A stretch of 64,000 nt of DNA from an uncultured Acidobacteriota bacterium (GTDB lineage Bacteria > Acidobacteriota > Vicinamibacteria > Vicinamibacterales > CAVVIG01). This document shows, piece after piece, positions 43,970 through 53,134 of the stretch. Below the pieces are notes generated by a model. That model worked only from the letters and a program-made list of their open reading frames with translations, did no database searches and was not told the DNA's origin. Every line of letters starts with the position of its first letter. Position 1 is the first letter of the stretch. Both the position numbers and the translations under genes were made by a program. The stretch covers positions 19,945 through 83,944 of the forward strand of contig CAVRVT010000001.1 in NCBI GenBank assembly GCA_963724725.1, given 5' to 3'.

Positions 43970-46860
43970 CGACGTAGTCCTTCCGGCACACGCTCGCAAA
44001 GCCGCACGACTCGCAGCGATAGACGTCGTCCGGCGTCGGTGGAAACTGGCCGGCTGAAACGGCGTCGATGGTAGCGGCGAGACGATCCTGGGCCTCGGCC
44101 AGCATTCGATCGCGATCGCTGTCGTTCTGGAACAGCGGGACGACGCGTCGCGGGCCCTTGAACGCCAGATAGGCCGCTTCGCTCACTTTCCAGTCACCGC
44201 CACGCGTGCGGTTCAGCGCCTGGGAAGCACACACACTGTAGATGGGCAGCTGCAACGCCTTGCGGCGATCTTTCGGCGGCCAGCCGAGCTTGTAGTCGAT
44301 CAGGCGGAACGTCCCATCAGCCAGCAGATCGATACGATCGGCTTTGCCTCGGATCGCAATCGAGCGCGGACCGCTGGTCGTCGCGAAACTGAACTCGCCT
44401 TCGAGTTTGTGTTCGAGCAGGCGTTGGACGACAGGCGTCGGCCGCTCGGCCTCCATGCGGAGCACGGCCTCGCCGAGCCCGGCGGCAGCCGGCGAGCCCA
44501 GCAGCCGCGTTCGTTCGAGACCCGCTTCTGCATCCGGCAGCCGAACCAGCACGTCCTCCACCACCATCGCGAACATGGCCCGGGCCTCGTCGAGATTTCC
44601 TGACGTCACCGCTCCATGCCCGGCGTTCTGCCAGGCCGTGAAGAATCGCTCGAAGACCTCGTGGACGAACTGCCCCTGACGGCGGGGGTTCATGATTTCT
44701 TCGTCGTCGGGCTCTTCTTCGAGCTTCAGGACGTGCTGAGCGAAGAATCGAAACGGACAGCCCAGATAGGTTTCGAGCGCGCTGACAGACCAGACGCGAG
44801 CCGGCACGTCCGGCACGTGCCCATGGAATTGGTCCGCGTCGCCGGCCGTGCGCGCCGCACGGACCGCAGCCCAGCTGCGCGCGTCGGGTTCGAGGACATC
44901 GAACATCGGTGGATCGAGGGAGAGCGCCTCGTCCACGAACACGCGCGACTCGCTCGCCACGCCCGACGGCACGATCGACAGCTTCGCGCGGACAACGTCG
45001 TCGAGCTGCAGGGATCTCGAGACCAGCGCATCGTCGTCCAGCGTGAAAGTGGAGAGAACAATCTGTCTCGACGGAGACGCGATCAAATCCAGGAAGTGCG
45101 CATCGGATGCCGCGCGGCGATCTTTCTCGGACGGCCAGCCCAGAGCCTTGAGCAGCTGCGGCGGATAGAAGATGTTTCGCTTCGGCCGCTCGGGCCACTC
45201 GTTCTCGACAATTCCGACGATCGTGATGTCGTCGAATTCGCGATAGCGGGCGGCTTTGTCGTCGAGCAGTACCAGTCCGCCGCCCTCGGCGACGGTGTCG
45301 AACGTCTGTTCTTCAATCCACCGCCTGATCGCCGTCGCCAGTTCCTCGATGGTCCACGGCGGATCGTCGTAGGTGACGCACGCGTCGGCAAGCCGCGTCA
45401 GCGTCTCGGACACGGCCGCGCGAGCGCGGGTCTCGCGGGCCTGCAGCGCGGCATCGCCGCCGCCGGCCGGCCGCAGGCGCCGGTCCCAGAACGCCGAGAG
45501 GCTGCGGATGTGGCGCGATGCCGGCGCGGCCTGAGCGAACGGGGAGAGTTCGCGGGTCAGGTCGATCGCCGTCCGCAAGGCCGGCAGCGCCTCCTGCTTG
45601 ATGGCCGACGATGATCGCTGCCATTCTCCAGCGAGGGTCTCGAGCCGCGCCGGATCGCCCAGGTACCGCGCGTCGCTCAGCGCACGATCGAGGGCCGCGA
45701 TCGATGCACGCGACGGCTCGCCGTCGTCGGACGCGAACCGCAGGTGCGGCGATCGCAGAAGCGCGATGAGCGCGTCGCGCGTGAACGACGCGCCGACGGC
45801 TTCGAGAATCAGATCGAGCGCCGCCGCCGTCGGCTCCACGGCGAGCGGAAATCCGTGGACCGTCTGGTAGGGCATTCCAGCCGCGGGAAACACTTCACGG
45901 GCCAGGTACAGGTAAGGCAACGGCTGCTTGAACACGACGGCCGATCGAGCCGTCACGGATTCTGCGCCACGGCGATCGGCCCGGAGCCGACGCGCGACCG
46001 CCACCAGCTCTTCCTCGCGATCTCGTACGCGTCCACCACGGTTCGTCGGTCGTCGATCCCCGCGGGCTCATCAGGATCGGACGACTCTCCGCCGCCGACC
46101 GTCGATTCAGCTCCTCGATGCCAGGCCACCACGAATGAATTCGCTCGTGGAAACCGGAACCCAGGACGCCTTCCGTCGCGACGATGTCGATCGTCTCGAG
46201 GTGCGGGACGCGGGACAGCAGATCGAAATCCGCCACGAACAGCCCGTCGGCGTCCGCAATCCAGTCGGCCACCGTCACGATCACGTGACGAACCGGTTCG
46301 AGGGCGGCCTCGACCAGCAGACGTTCACGAAGAATGTGTTCGTCGCAGGCGCCGGATCGACGGACGCGCCGGTCGTACTCGCGGAAAGCTTCCGCGAGAA
46401 ATCGCGTCTGCTGTCGCAGACGGCGTGCGCCCCGATCCACGTCGTCGGAACCAAGCGCCTGGTCGATGAGCGCTTCGAACCGGTCAATCGACTGCGATTG
46501 CCTCCGGAGGTGGTCGTAGAACCGCAGCACCTCCGCGACCAGTCCGGGCCGGAGGCGAAGCGTCGACTGGGTCGCCTCGGCCGCCGCTCTGGCGGCCGCG
46601 AAGGCCATGACGGCTCGTTCGAGCGCGGTGAGACGTTGTGGCGGGGCGGCGAGCCTGGCGTGAAACTGGTCGTAGAGCTCGTCGCGAGTGACGGCCGTCA
46701 TCGGTGCCCCGGCCGGTTCAAGCTGTCGCGCCGCGCTCTGTGTCGGAACGACGACGAGCGGAGCCTGCCGCTCCGCGGCGATGGCCGCAATCGACTCGCG
46801 AAAAGCACCGAGATCCGGCACGCGCACGAGTCGCGTCCGGCGAGGGGTGATGGGTGACAC
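43959..46860 (-). pseudogene. AddB-like PD-(D/E)XK nuclease subunit, frame broken by one extra base near 46025
   Basis: The N-terminal 280 aa (46860->~46030) and the rest (REEELVAVARRLR...ETYLGCPFRFFAQH...GKADRIDLL..LIDYKLG...CESCGFASVC) are in adjacent frames. Length is 3n+1. Confidence 0.8.
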
Positions 46861-46864
46861 GGGG

Positions 46865-48259
46865 TTACGGCAGCTGGGGCGGACGCAGCTGCGCCAGAAT
46901 GTCTTCGCGCGCGCGGGTGCCCAGCATCAACGCACCAGCCGCGGCCGACGAGGCGTTCCACGCGCGGGCCATGTCGTTGGCGAGCACCGCTTCGCGCCTG
47001 ACGCTGACGGCATTTGCGGCCATCTGGGCAGCGCTCACCATCAACGCATGCGCCGCGGTCAGTTCCTCCGGCGGGTTGATCGCCGATATCAGCGTCAACA
47101 ACTGGAGGGTTCCTTCCTGGAGCGTCGTCAGCGACGCGGGTGACGACCCGGCCAGCGCTTTGATGTCCTCGAGCGACGGCTTCAGGCGGCCGAAGAGCGC
47201 CATCGGCGCGCGAATCGCCGTTCCGTAGGCCGTGAAGGCGGGCAGGCGCAGCTCCCATCGGTCGCGCGCGAGCCGCAGCCGCCGCGTCGCGTCCAGCTTC
47301 TCCTCGACTGCCGCGATCAACGCCGTGACGGCTTCGGGGCGGCGCCCTCCGAGCTGGGCGTCCTGCACAGGCACCCGAGCCAGGAGACGCTCGACGCCTC
47401 GCACATCGGCGACCTTCGCCTTGCGATCCGCCAGCTTCAACACTCCGGCCGTCAGGTTCCGGTACGAGTCGTCGATCCGGAGCTCGACGTTGATCGCCGA
47501 TTGCACTTCGACGCGCTTCGCCAGCACCCAGTCGGCGGGGAGGTCGTCCTTGTCGCGGTCGATCGCTCCGAGCGCGGCCGTCAAGAGCGACGCGCGTTCC
47601 GCCGACCGATCGACCGAACGCGCCGCGTTCAGTACCTGCTCGATTGACTGTTGCAGCGTCAGCGGCGGGAGCAGGGGCTCGACAATCGTGGGTGGCTCCG
47701 CGAACGCCGCAAGGCTGATGTCGAACCGCCGCGCGCCCGACGCCGCACGAAGCTCAGCGATCGCCTCGTCGAGCGTGCCGACCATCTGGCGGACTTCGGC
47801 CTGACGATACCAGTAGTGATTCTGCGGCCACTCGACCAGGCTCGCCCTGACGCGCTCGACGATGCGAAGACGCTCGGTCTGGTTGGTCGTGGCCGCGACT
47901 TCATTGAGCGCTTCGGCCAGTTGAGTGGACAACGCGGCGTAATCGAGCTCGGCCTGAGTCTTGAGGTACTGGGAGGCCCGCGCCGCCGTCGAGTACCGAT
48001 TCGTGCGATCCCAGTCGACGCGATCGTCTGGCAAATCGACGAGATGCAGCGGCGGATTCGGCGTCACAGCCGTGGGCATCGAGAACACGACGCGTCCGCC
48101 GACGCGCGCCGGCTCGCCATAACTGACGAGCGACGTGCCGTCCCGCAGAAAGACTCGCAGGAGCGTGGCGCTCTCGTCGTCGGCCGCCATCGCGCTGGAT
48201 CCGAGCGAAACCAGCAGGGCCGCCGACACCATGGCGGCCGTCAGCGCGCGACTGGTCAT
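46865..48259 (-). CDS. hypothetical secreted, largely helical protein
   Basis: Signal peptide MTSRALTAAMVSAALLVSLGSSAMA. 464 aa with no motif I recognise. Its stop lies 4 nt before the addB-like start. Confidence 0.7.
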   Translation of the reverse strand: MTSRALTAAMVSAALLVSLGSSAMAADDESATLLRVFLRDGTSLVSYGEPARVGGRVVFSMPTAVTPNPPLHLVDLPDDRVDWDRTNRYSTAARASQYLKTQAELDYAALSTQLAEALNEVAATTNQTERLRIVERVRASLVEWPQNHYWYRQAEVRQMVGTLDEAIAELRAASGARRFDISLAAFAEPPTIVEPLLPPLTLQQSIEQVLNAARSVDRSAERASLLTAALGAIDRDKDDLPADWVLAKRVEVQSAINVELRIDDSYRNLTAGVLKLADRKAKVADVRGVERLLARVPVQDAQLGGRRPEAVTALIAAVEEKLDATRRLRLARDRWELRLPAFTAYGTAIRAPMALFGRLKPSLEDIKALAGSSPASLTTLQEGTLQLLTLISAINPPEELTAAHALMVSAAQMAANAVSVRREAVLANDMARAWNASSAAAGALMLGTRAREDILAQLRPPQLP

Positions 48260-48400
48260 GAGGTTTCAAGGGTAGTGCGCGTCACCCGCTCCGTCAACTG
48301 TGGAAATCCTGTTGATGAATCGTGAATTTCCTGTGGATGGACCGACAGCCAAGAATTCTTTCGCGGTTGGACTCACTCACCCATCAACGCGTGACGCGAC

Positions 48401-48727
48401 GTGTGCACGCGCTTTCGTACGTGGCTTCGCTTGATCGCGCGCGACGTTCACGTACAATTCCAGCTCGCTCAATCACTGAATTTCTTCGCCGACACCGTGG
48501 CCGCAGACGTGCATCGCTATCAGGAATCCATCGAAGGACACTCGTACCTCATCGAAGTGACGCCGGTTTCGCAGGACCGCTGGCGCGCGTACATCGTTCG
48601 CATCCCGGGCGTCCCGACCGCCTTGATGCCGTTTTACGGGCCCACGCCCGCCGACGCGGCAAAACAGCTGTGTGACTGGTTGACGCGCGCCCACCGGCAG
48701 GCCGCCGCCTCAGCGCGGTCGGTGTAG
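48401..48727 (+). CDS. hypothetical protein (weak HicB/UPF0150-like pattern)
   Basis: HSYLIEVTPVSQDRWRAYIVRIPGVPTALMPFYGPTPADAAKQLCDWL. The start is uncertain. Confidence 0.45.
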   Translation: MCTRFRTWLRLIARDVHVQFQLAQSLNFFADTVAADVHRYQESIEGHSYLIEVTPVSQDRWRAYIVRIPGVPTALMPFYGPTPADAAKQLCDWLTRAHRQAAASARSV

Positions 48728-48736
48728 GATCGGGGG

Positions 48737-49771
48737 GTGATCGCCCCGAAGACCCCGAAAACGTTGTCCATTCCGTTTGCGATCGTGCTCGCGATCGCCT
48801 CCACGACTCCGACCAGCGGGCAATTCCAGCAGCGCGAACCCGATTTCGACCGCATGGTCAGGGAGCAGTCCGAAACGGATGCGACCTGGCGAAGCGCCAG
48901 CGCCGGCGTCATGCAGATGGACAAGATCACCTATAGAAGCCGCGCGGGTGACCTGGACATCCCGGCATTCGTATTCCAGCCGACCAGGCTCAGGGGCGCC
49001 AAAGGGCACCCGGCCATCGTCTGGGTCCACGAGAACATCCGGGGACATCTTTACGAGCACTACATCCCTTACATCCGCGAGGCCACGGCCCGCGGGTATG
49101 TCGTCATCGCCCCCGAGTACCGCGGCAGCATCGGATACGGGAAAGCCTTCTACGACGCCATCGACTACGGCGGAGCCGAAGTGGACGATGTCGTCACGGC
49201 CGTCGACGTGTTGAAGACGAAATATCCAGACGTCGATCCCGCGCGGATAGGCATCATGGGATGGAGCCACGGCGGGATGATCGCGCTGCTCTCGATCACT
49301 CGGAACACGACCACGTTCAAGGCCGCCGTCGCGATGGTTCCGGTGACGAATCTCTTTCAGCGTCTGGCGTGGAAAGGCGTCGAACGCCAGCGTCAGCTGA
49401 TCGATCCGGCCAATCGTTACGGCGGTCTGCCGTCCGAGAAACAGGATATCTACAAGGATCGGTCGCCGCTCTATAACGTCGACAAACTGCAGATTCCGAT
49501 CTACGTGGGCGTCACGCGCAACGACCAGGACGTCAACATCGAGGAAGACTTGCAGCTCGTGGACGCGCTCCGTTCACGAAAGCCCCAGCTGGCGGAAACC
49601 ATGATTTACGACAACCCGCCAGGCGGACACACGTTCGATCGCCGGGTCGACCCCAAGACCTGGCAACCCGAAAACACTCGCGAGCAGCGGGATTCCTGGA
49701 ACCGGGTCTGGACGTTCCTCGACTGGAATCTGGATCCGTTTCACGGGCCGCTGCCGCCGTCGACGCGGTAG
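48737..49771 (+). CDS. S9 (prolyl oligopeptidase family) serine hydrolase, catalytic domain only
   Basis: GIMGWSHGGMIAL nucleophile elbow; ND..V Asp region; PGGHTF His. Confidence 0.85.
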   Translation: MIAPKTPKTLSIPFAIVLAIASTTPTSGQFQQREPDFDRMVREQSETDATWRSASAGVMQMDKITYRSRAGDLDIPAFVFQPTRLRGAKGHPAIVWVHENIRGHLYEHYIPYIREATARGYVVIAPEYRGSIGYGKAFYDAIDYGGAEVDDVVTAVDVLKTKYPDVDPARIGIMGWSHGGMIALLSITRNTTTFKAAVAMVPVTNLFQRLAWKGVERQRQLIDPANRYGGLPSEKQDIYKDRSPLYNVDKLQIPIYVGVTRNDQDVNIEEDLQLVDALRSRKPQLAETMIYDNPPGGHTFDRRVDPKTWQPENTREQRDSWNRVWTFLDWNLDPFHGPLPPSTR

Positions 49772-49778
49772 ACCTTCC

Positions 49779-50900
49779 GTGACCGACTCTCGGACGATCG
49801 CCCGGACGCTGGTTGTGGCCTGCACGCTAACGATCAGCACCGCGTTCGCATGGCCGGGCGCACACGCCGCGCCCGCGGCGCGGCAACAGCCCGCGGCCGT
49901 CCCCAGAGTGCGCCTCGTCGCGACCGGCGGCACGATCTCCAATCGCACCGGTGGGCGGCTGTCGGCGGAAGAACTCGTGAAGTCGATGCCGGGCATCGAA
50001 CGCTACGCGCAGCCCGAGTTCGAACAATTCTCGAATCTTGCCAGCAGCGAGCTGACGCTCGATCAGTGGCTCGCACTCACCAGGCGGCTGAACGAACTGT
50101 TCTCGTCCGATCGCAGTCTCGAAGGGATCGTCGTCACGAGCGGAACCGATACGCTCGAAGAGCTCGCGTATTTCCTGAATCTGACGGTCAGGGACGATCG
50201 CCCGGTCGTCGTCGTGGGATCGATGCGTAACCCGAGCACGCTCGGCTACGAGGGCGCCGCGAACCTCCTCGAGGGGTTTCGCGTCGCGGCCGCCCCGGAG
50301 GCCCGCGGCAAAGGCGTGCTCGTCGTCCTGAACGACGAGATCAACGCCGCGCGCGAGGTCACGAAGACCGACGCGTTGCGGCTGAACACCTTTCAGACGC
50401 GGGGGTACGGCGTTCTTGGCGTCGTCGATTCGGACCGTGTCGTGTTCTACAGGAACGTCGTCAAACGCCACACGGCGCGCAGCGAATTCGACCTCTCGAG
50501 CGTCGGACGGCTGCCACGCGTCGACGTCGTGATGGTCTATCAGGGCGCCGACGGCGACTTGATCAGGGCCGCCGCCGATCGCGGCGCGCAGGGAATCGTG
50601 CTGGCGACGGCAGGCGCAGGCGCGACGAGCGGCACGCAGATGGACGGCGTCGCCTACGCCCTGAAGAAGGGCGTCTTCGTCGTCACGACCACGCGGACGG
50701 GCAGCGGGCGCATTGCGCCCCGACAAAGTCCGAGCGGCGTCGGCGGTCAGGACCAGAACGACCCGATTTCGCCGGACGACCGCCGCCGTGCGCTTGCCGG
50801 CGAAGACCTGGCCCCGGTGAAGGCCCGGGTCCTGCTGATGGTCGCGCTCACTCGCACCAGCGACCCGTCCGAACTCCAGAGAATCTTCTCGGAGTACTGA
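49779..50900 (+). CDS. L-asparaginase, type II-like (secreted)
   Basis: Signal peptide, then VATGGTISN and VVTSGTDTLEELAYFL. Confidence 0.9.
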   Translation: MTDSRTIARTLVVACTLTISTAFAWPGAHAAPAARQQPAAVPRVRLVATGGTISNRTGGRLSAEELVKSMPGIERYAQPEFEQFSNLASSELTLDQWLALTRRLNELFSSDRSLEGIVVTSGTDTLEELAYFLNLTVRDDRPVVVVGSMRNPSTLGYEGAANLLEGFRVAAAPEARGKGVLVVLNDEINAAREVTKTDALRLNTFQTRGYGVLGVVDSDRVVFYRNVVKRHTARSEFDLSSVGRLPRVDVVMVYQGADGDLIRAAADRGAQGIVLATAGAGATSGTQMDGVAYALKKGVFVVTTTRTGSGRIAPRQSPSGVGGQDQNDPISPDDRRRALAGEDLAPVKARVLLMVALTRTSDPSELQRIFSEY

Positions 50901-50980
50901 AGTCGCTTACCCATGAGGCGGCTTTTGTGCTAGAAAGTCGTGCTAAGTCAGCAGCCAGTGTCTTCTTCCCGGAGGGTGTG

Positions 50981-52006
50981 ATGTTTTGCGCTCATCTGCA
51001 GCGGACTGTGACCGTGACCGCCTGCGCCGTCCTCTTCGCGGCGTCGGCGACAGCCCAGGGAATCACGCAGCCCAAACAGGGCCAGGGCGGCAGCGTCGTC
51101 AAGGGTGCGGCCGGGACCGAAGGCAGCACCGGCGACAGCGGACTCGAACATTGCGACAAGCCGATGGGCGCGATGGCGGTCGTCGAGCCGCAGAGCCAGG
51201 TGCTGACGGCGCTCATGCGCTACAGGTTGCAGTCGCCCGTCGGGCTGATTCGCTTGATGATCCAGCAGTCGAACTGCTTCATCGTCGTCGAGCGCGGCGC
51301 CGGCATGCAGAACCTGATGCAGGAGCGCGCGCTCGCCAACTCCGGCCAGGCCCGCGAGGGCTCGAATATGGGCGGCGGACAGATGGTCGCCGCAGACTTC
51401 GTCGTGACGCCGAGCGTCGTCTTCTCGGAAAACAACGCCGGCGGTGTCGGCGGCGCGGTCGGCGGCCTGCTCGGCGGAAAGGCTGCAGCGGTCGCCGGCG
51501 GACTCAAGTTCAAGGAGGCGCAGACCAGCATGCTCGTCGCCGATTCGCGGTCGGGCGTACAGGTGGCTGCGGCCGAAGGCAGCACGAAGAAAGCGGACCT
51601 GCGGCTCGGCGGCGCGTTCTTCGGGGCGGGAGGCGGCGCGTCGGCGGGCGGCTACGGCAACTCAAACGAGGGCAAGATCATCGCGGCCGCGTTCATGGAC
51701 AACTACAACAAGGTCGTCGGCGTCGTTCGCGGCGATCCGGCGCTGCAGCGCAACGTCGGGACGCTGAAACAGGAAGCGGCGGCCGGCGGCGTCAAGGCCG
51801 GGACGTTCAGGGAAGGCGACGTCCTCGGACCGAAGATCGCGAACGTCAAGCTGATGGCTGAGCCATCCGACACTGCGAAAGTCGTGGCGACACTCGGACG
51901 CGGCGACGAGCTCGTCGTCGTTGGCGGCGAGAAGGACGGCTACGTCAACGTCCAGGGCTCGACCGCGAGCGGCTGGGTCAAGGTTGTGCTCGTCAACAAA
52001 CGCTGA
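50981..52006 (+). CDS. CsgG/HfaB-like outer-membrane protein with Gly-rich segment and C-terminal SH3-like domain
   Basis: GGAGGG RBS. LIRLMIQQSNCFIVVERGAGMQNLMQERALANSG matches the CsgG-family core. C-terminal GYVNVQGSTASGWV is SH3_3-like. Confidence 0.8.
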   Translation: MFCAHLQRTVTVTACAVLFAASATAQGITQPKQGQGGSVVKGAAGTEGSTGDSGLEHCDKPMGAMAVVEPQSQVLTALMRYRLQSPVGLIRLMIQQSNCFIVVERGAGMQNLMQERALANSGQAREGSNMGGGQMVAADFVVTPSVVFSENNAGGVGGAVGGLLGGKAAAVAGGLKFKEAQTSMLVADSRSGVQVAAAEGSTKKADLRLGGAFFGAGGGASAGGYGNSNEGKIIAAAFMDNYNKVVGVVRGDPALQRNVGTLKQEAAAGGVKAGTFREGDVLGPKIANVKLMAEPSDTAKVVATLGRGDELVVVGGEKDGYVNVQGSTASGWVKVVLVNKR

Positions 52007-52042
52007 GGATCGGATCGGCAGCGGCCAGCGGAAGCGTTGAGC

Positions 52043-53134
52043 ATGCCTGCACGCTTCGCGTTGCCGCCGCCGATCGAGCCGATGCTCGCCAAGCTCGCCG
52101 AGTCGCTTCCCACGAGCGGCGGGTTTCTCTTCGAACCGAAATGGGACGGCTTTCGCGCCATCGTCTTTCGCGGAGACGATGACGTCTTCGTGCAGAGCCG
52201 GGATCTGCGTCCGCTCGACCGCTACTTTCCCGATCTTCACGCCGTGCTCCTGGCGCAGCTTCCGCCCGGCTGCGTGATCGACGGCGAAATCGTCATTGCC
52301 ACACCGCGCGGCCTCGACTTCGACGCGCTGCAGCTTCGCCTCCATCCCGCAGCGTCCCGCGTCGCGAAGCTCGCGGCGGCGACACCGGCATCCTTCGTCG
52401 CCTTCGACCTTCTTGCCGCCGACGGCCGGGATCTGCGGCGTGAGCCGCAAGCCGTGCGACGCTCGGCCCTGGAACGGCTGCTCGACAAGGCGAGGCCGCC
52501 GATTCACCTCACGCCGATGACGCGGGACGTCGAGATCGCTTCGGAGTGGCTCGCGCGCTTCGAAGGTGCGGGCCTCGATGGCGTCGTCGCCAAGCCCGAG
52601 CGCGGACCGTACGAGACCGGCAAGCGCGCGATGATCAAGATCAAGCACGCGCGGACGGCCGACTGCGCGGTCGCGGGCTTCAGGTGGCACAAGAACGGGC
52701 GCAACGAGCTCGTGGGATCGCTGCTGCTCGGTTTGTTCGACGAAGGACGACTGCATCACGTCGGTGTCACGTCCTCGTTCACCATGATCGCGCGCAAGCA
52801 GCTGGCGCGCGAGCTCCAGCCGCTCCGCGAGCGCGCGCTTGACGAGCATCCGTGGCGCGAGTGGGCCACGGCCGGCGGGGAGCAGATGGCGCGCATGCCC
52901 GGCGGCCAGAGTCGCTGGAGCGCCGGCAAGGACTTGTCGTGGGAGCCGATCCGGGTCGAGCGCGTCTGCGAGGTGAAGTACGACCACATGCAGGGTGACC
53001 GCTTTCGACACGCCGCGACGTTTCTGCGATGGCGTCCCGACAAGCGCCCCGATCAATGTACTTACGAGCAGCTCGAGGTCACGGCGCCTTACGAGCTCTC
53101 GAAGGTCTTCGGGGCCATTCGCCCCGCTGGATAG
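52043..53134 (+). CDS. ATP-dependent DNA ligase (LigC/LigD ligase-domain type)
   Basis: Motif I EPKWDGFR; DGEIV; FVAFDLL; DGVVAK; MIKIK; C-terminal OB RFRHAATFLRWRPDK. Confidence 0.9.
   Translation: MPARFALPPPIEPMLAKLAESLPTSGGFLFEPKWDGFRAIVFRGDDDVFVQSRDLRPLDRYFPDLHAVLLAQLPPGCVIDGEIVIATPRGLDFDALQLRLHPAASRVAKLAAATPASFVAFDLLAADGRDLRREPQAVRRSALERLLDKARPPIHLTPMTRDVEIASEWLARFEGAGLDGVVAKPERGPYETGKRAMIKIKHARTADCAVAGFRWHKNGRNELVGSLLLGLFDEGRLHHVGVTSSFTMIARKQLARELQPLRERALDEHPWREWATAGGEQMARMPGGQSRWSAGKDLSWEPIRVERVCEVKYDHMQGDRFRHAATFLRWRPDKRPDQCTYEQLEVTAPYELSKVFGAIRPAG

Noticed and set aside
29596-46040. Programmed ribosomal frameshifting as the explanation for the five frame breaks.
   Set aside because: No slippery heptamer (X XXY YYZ), no stimulatory structure and no known recoding is evident at any site, and the genes concerned (dapB, ADH, M16, addB) are not known to use it. 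Sequence error or decay is more parsimonious.
53079-53134. The 56-nt convergent overlap of the ligase and polymerase genes as a frameshift artefact.
   Set aside because: Both ORFs are continuous through their conserved cores and the overlap involves only non-conserved tails. There is no evidence of a frame switch, so it is reported only as a low-interest oddity.
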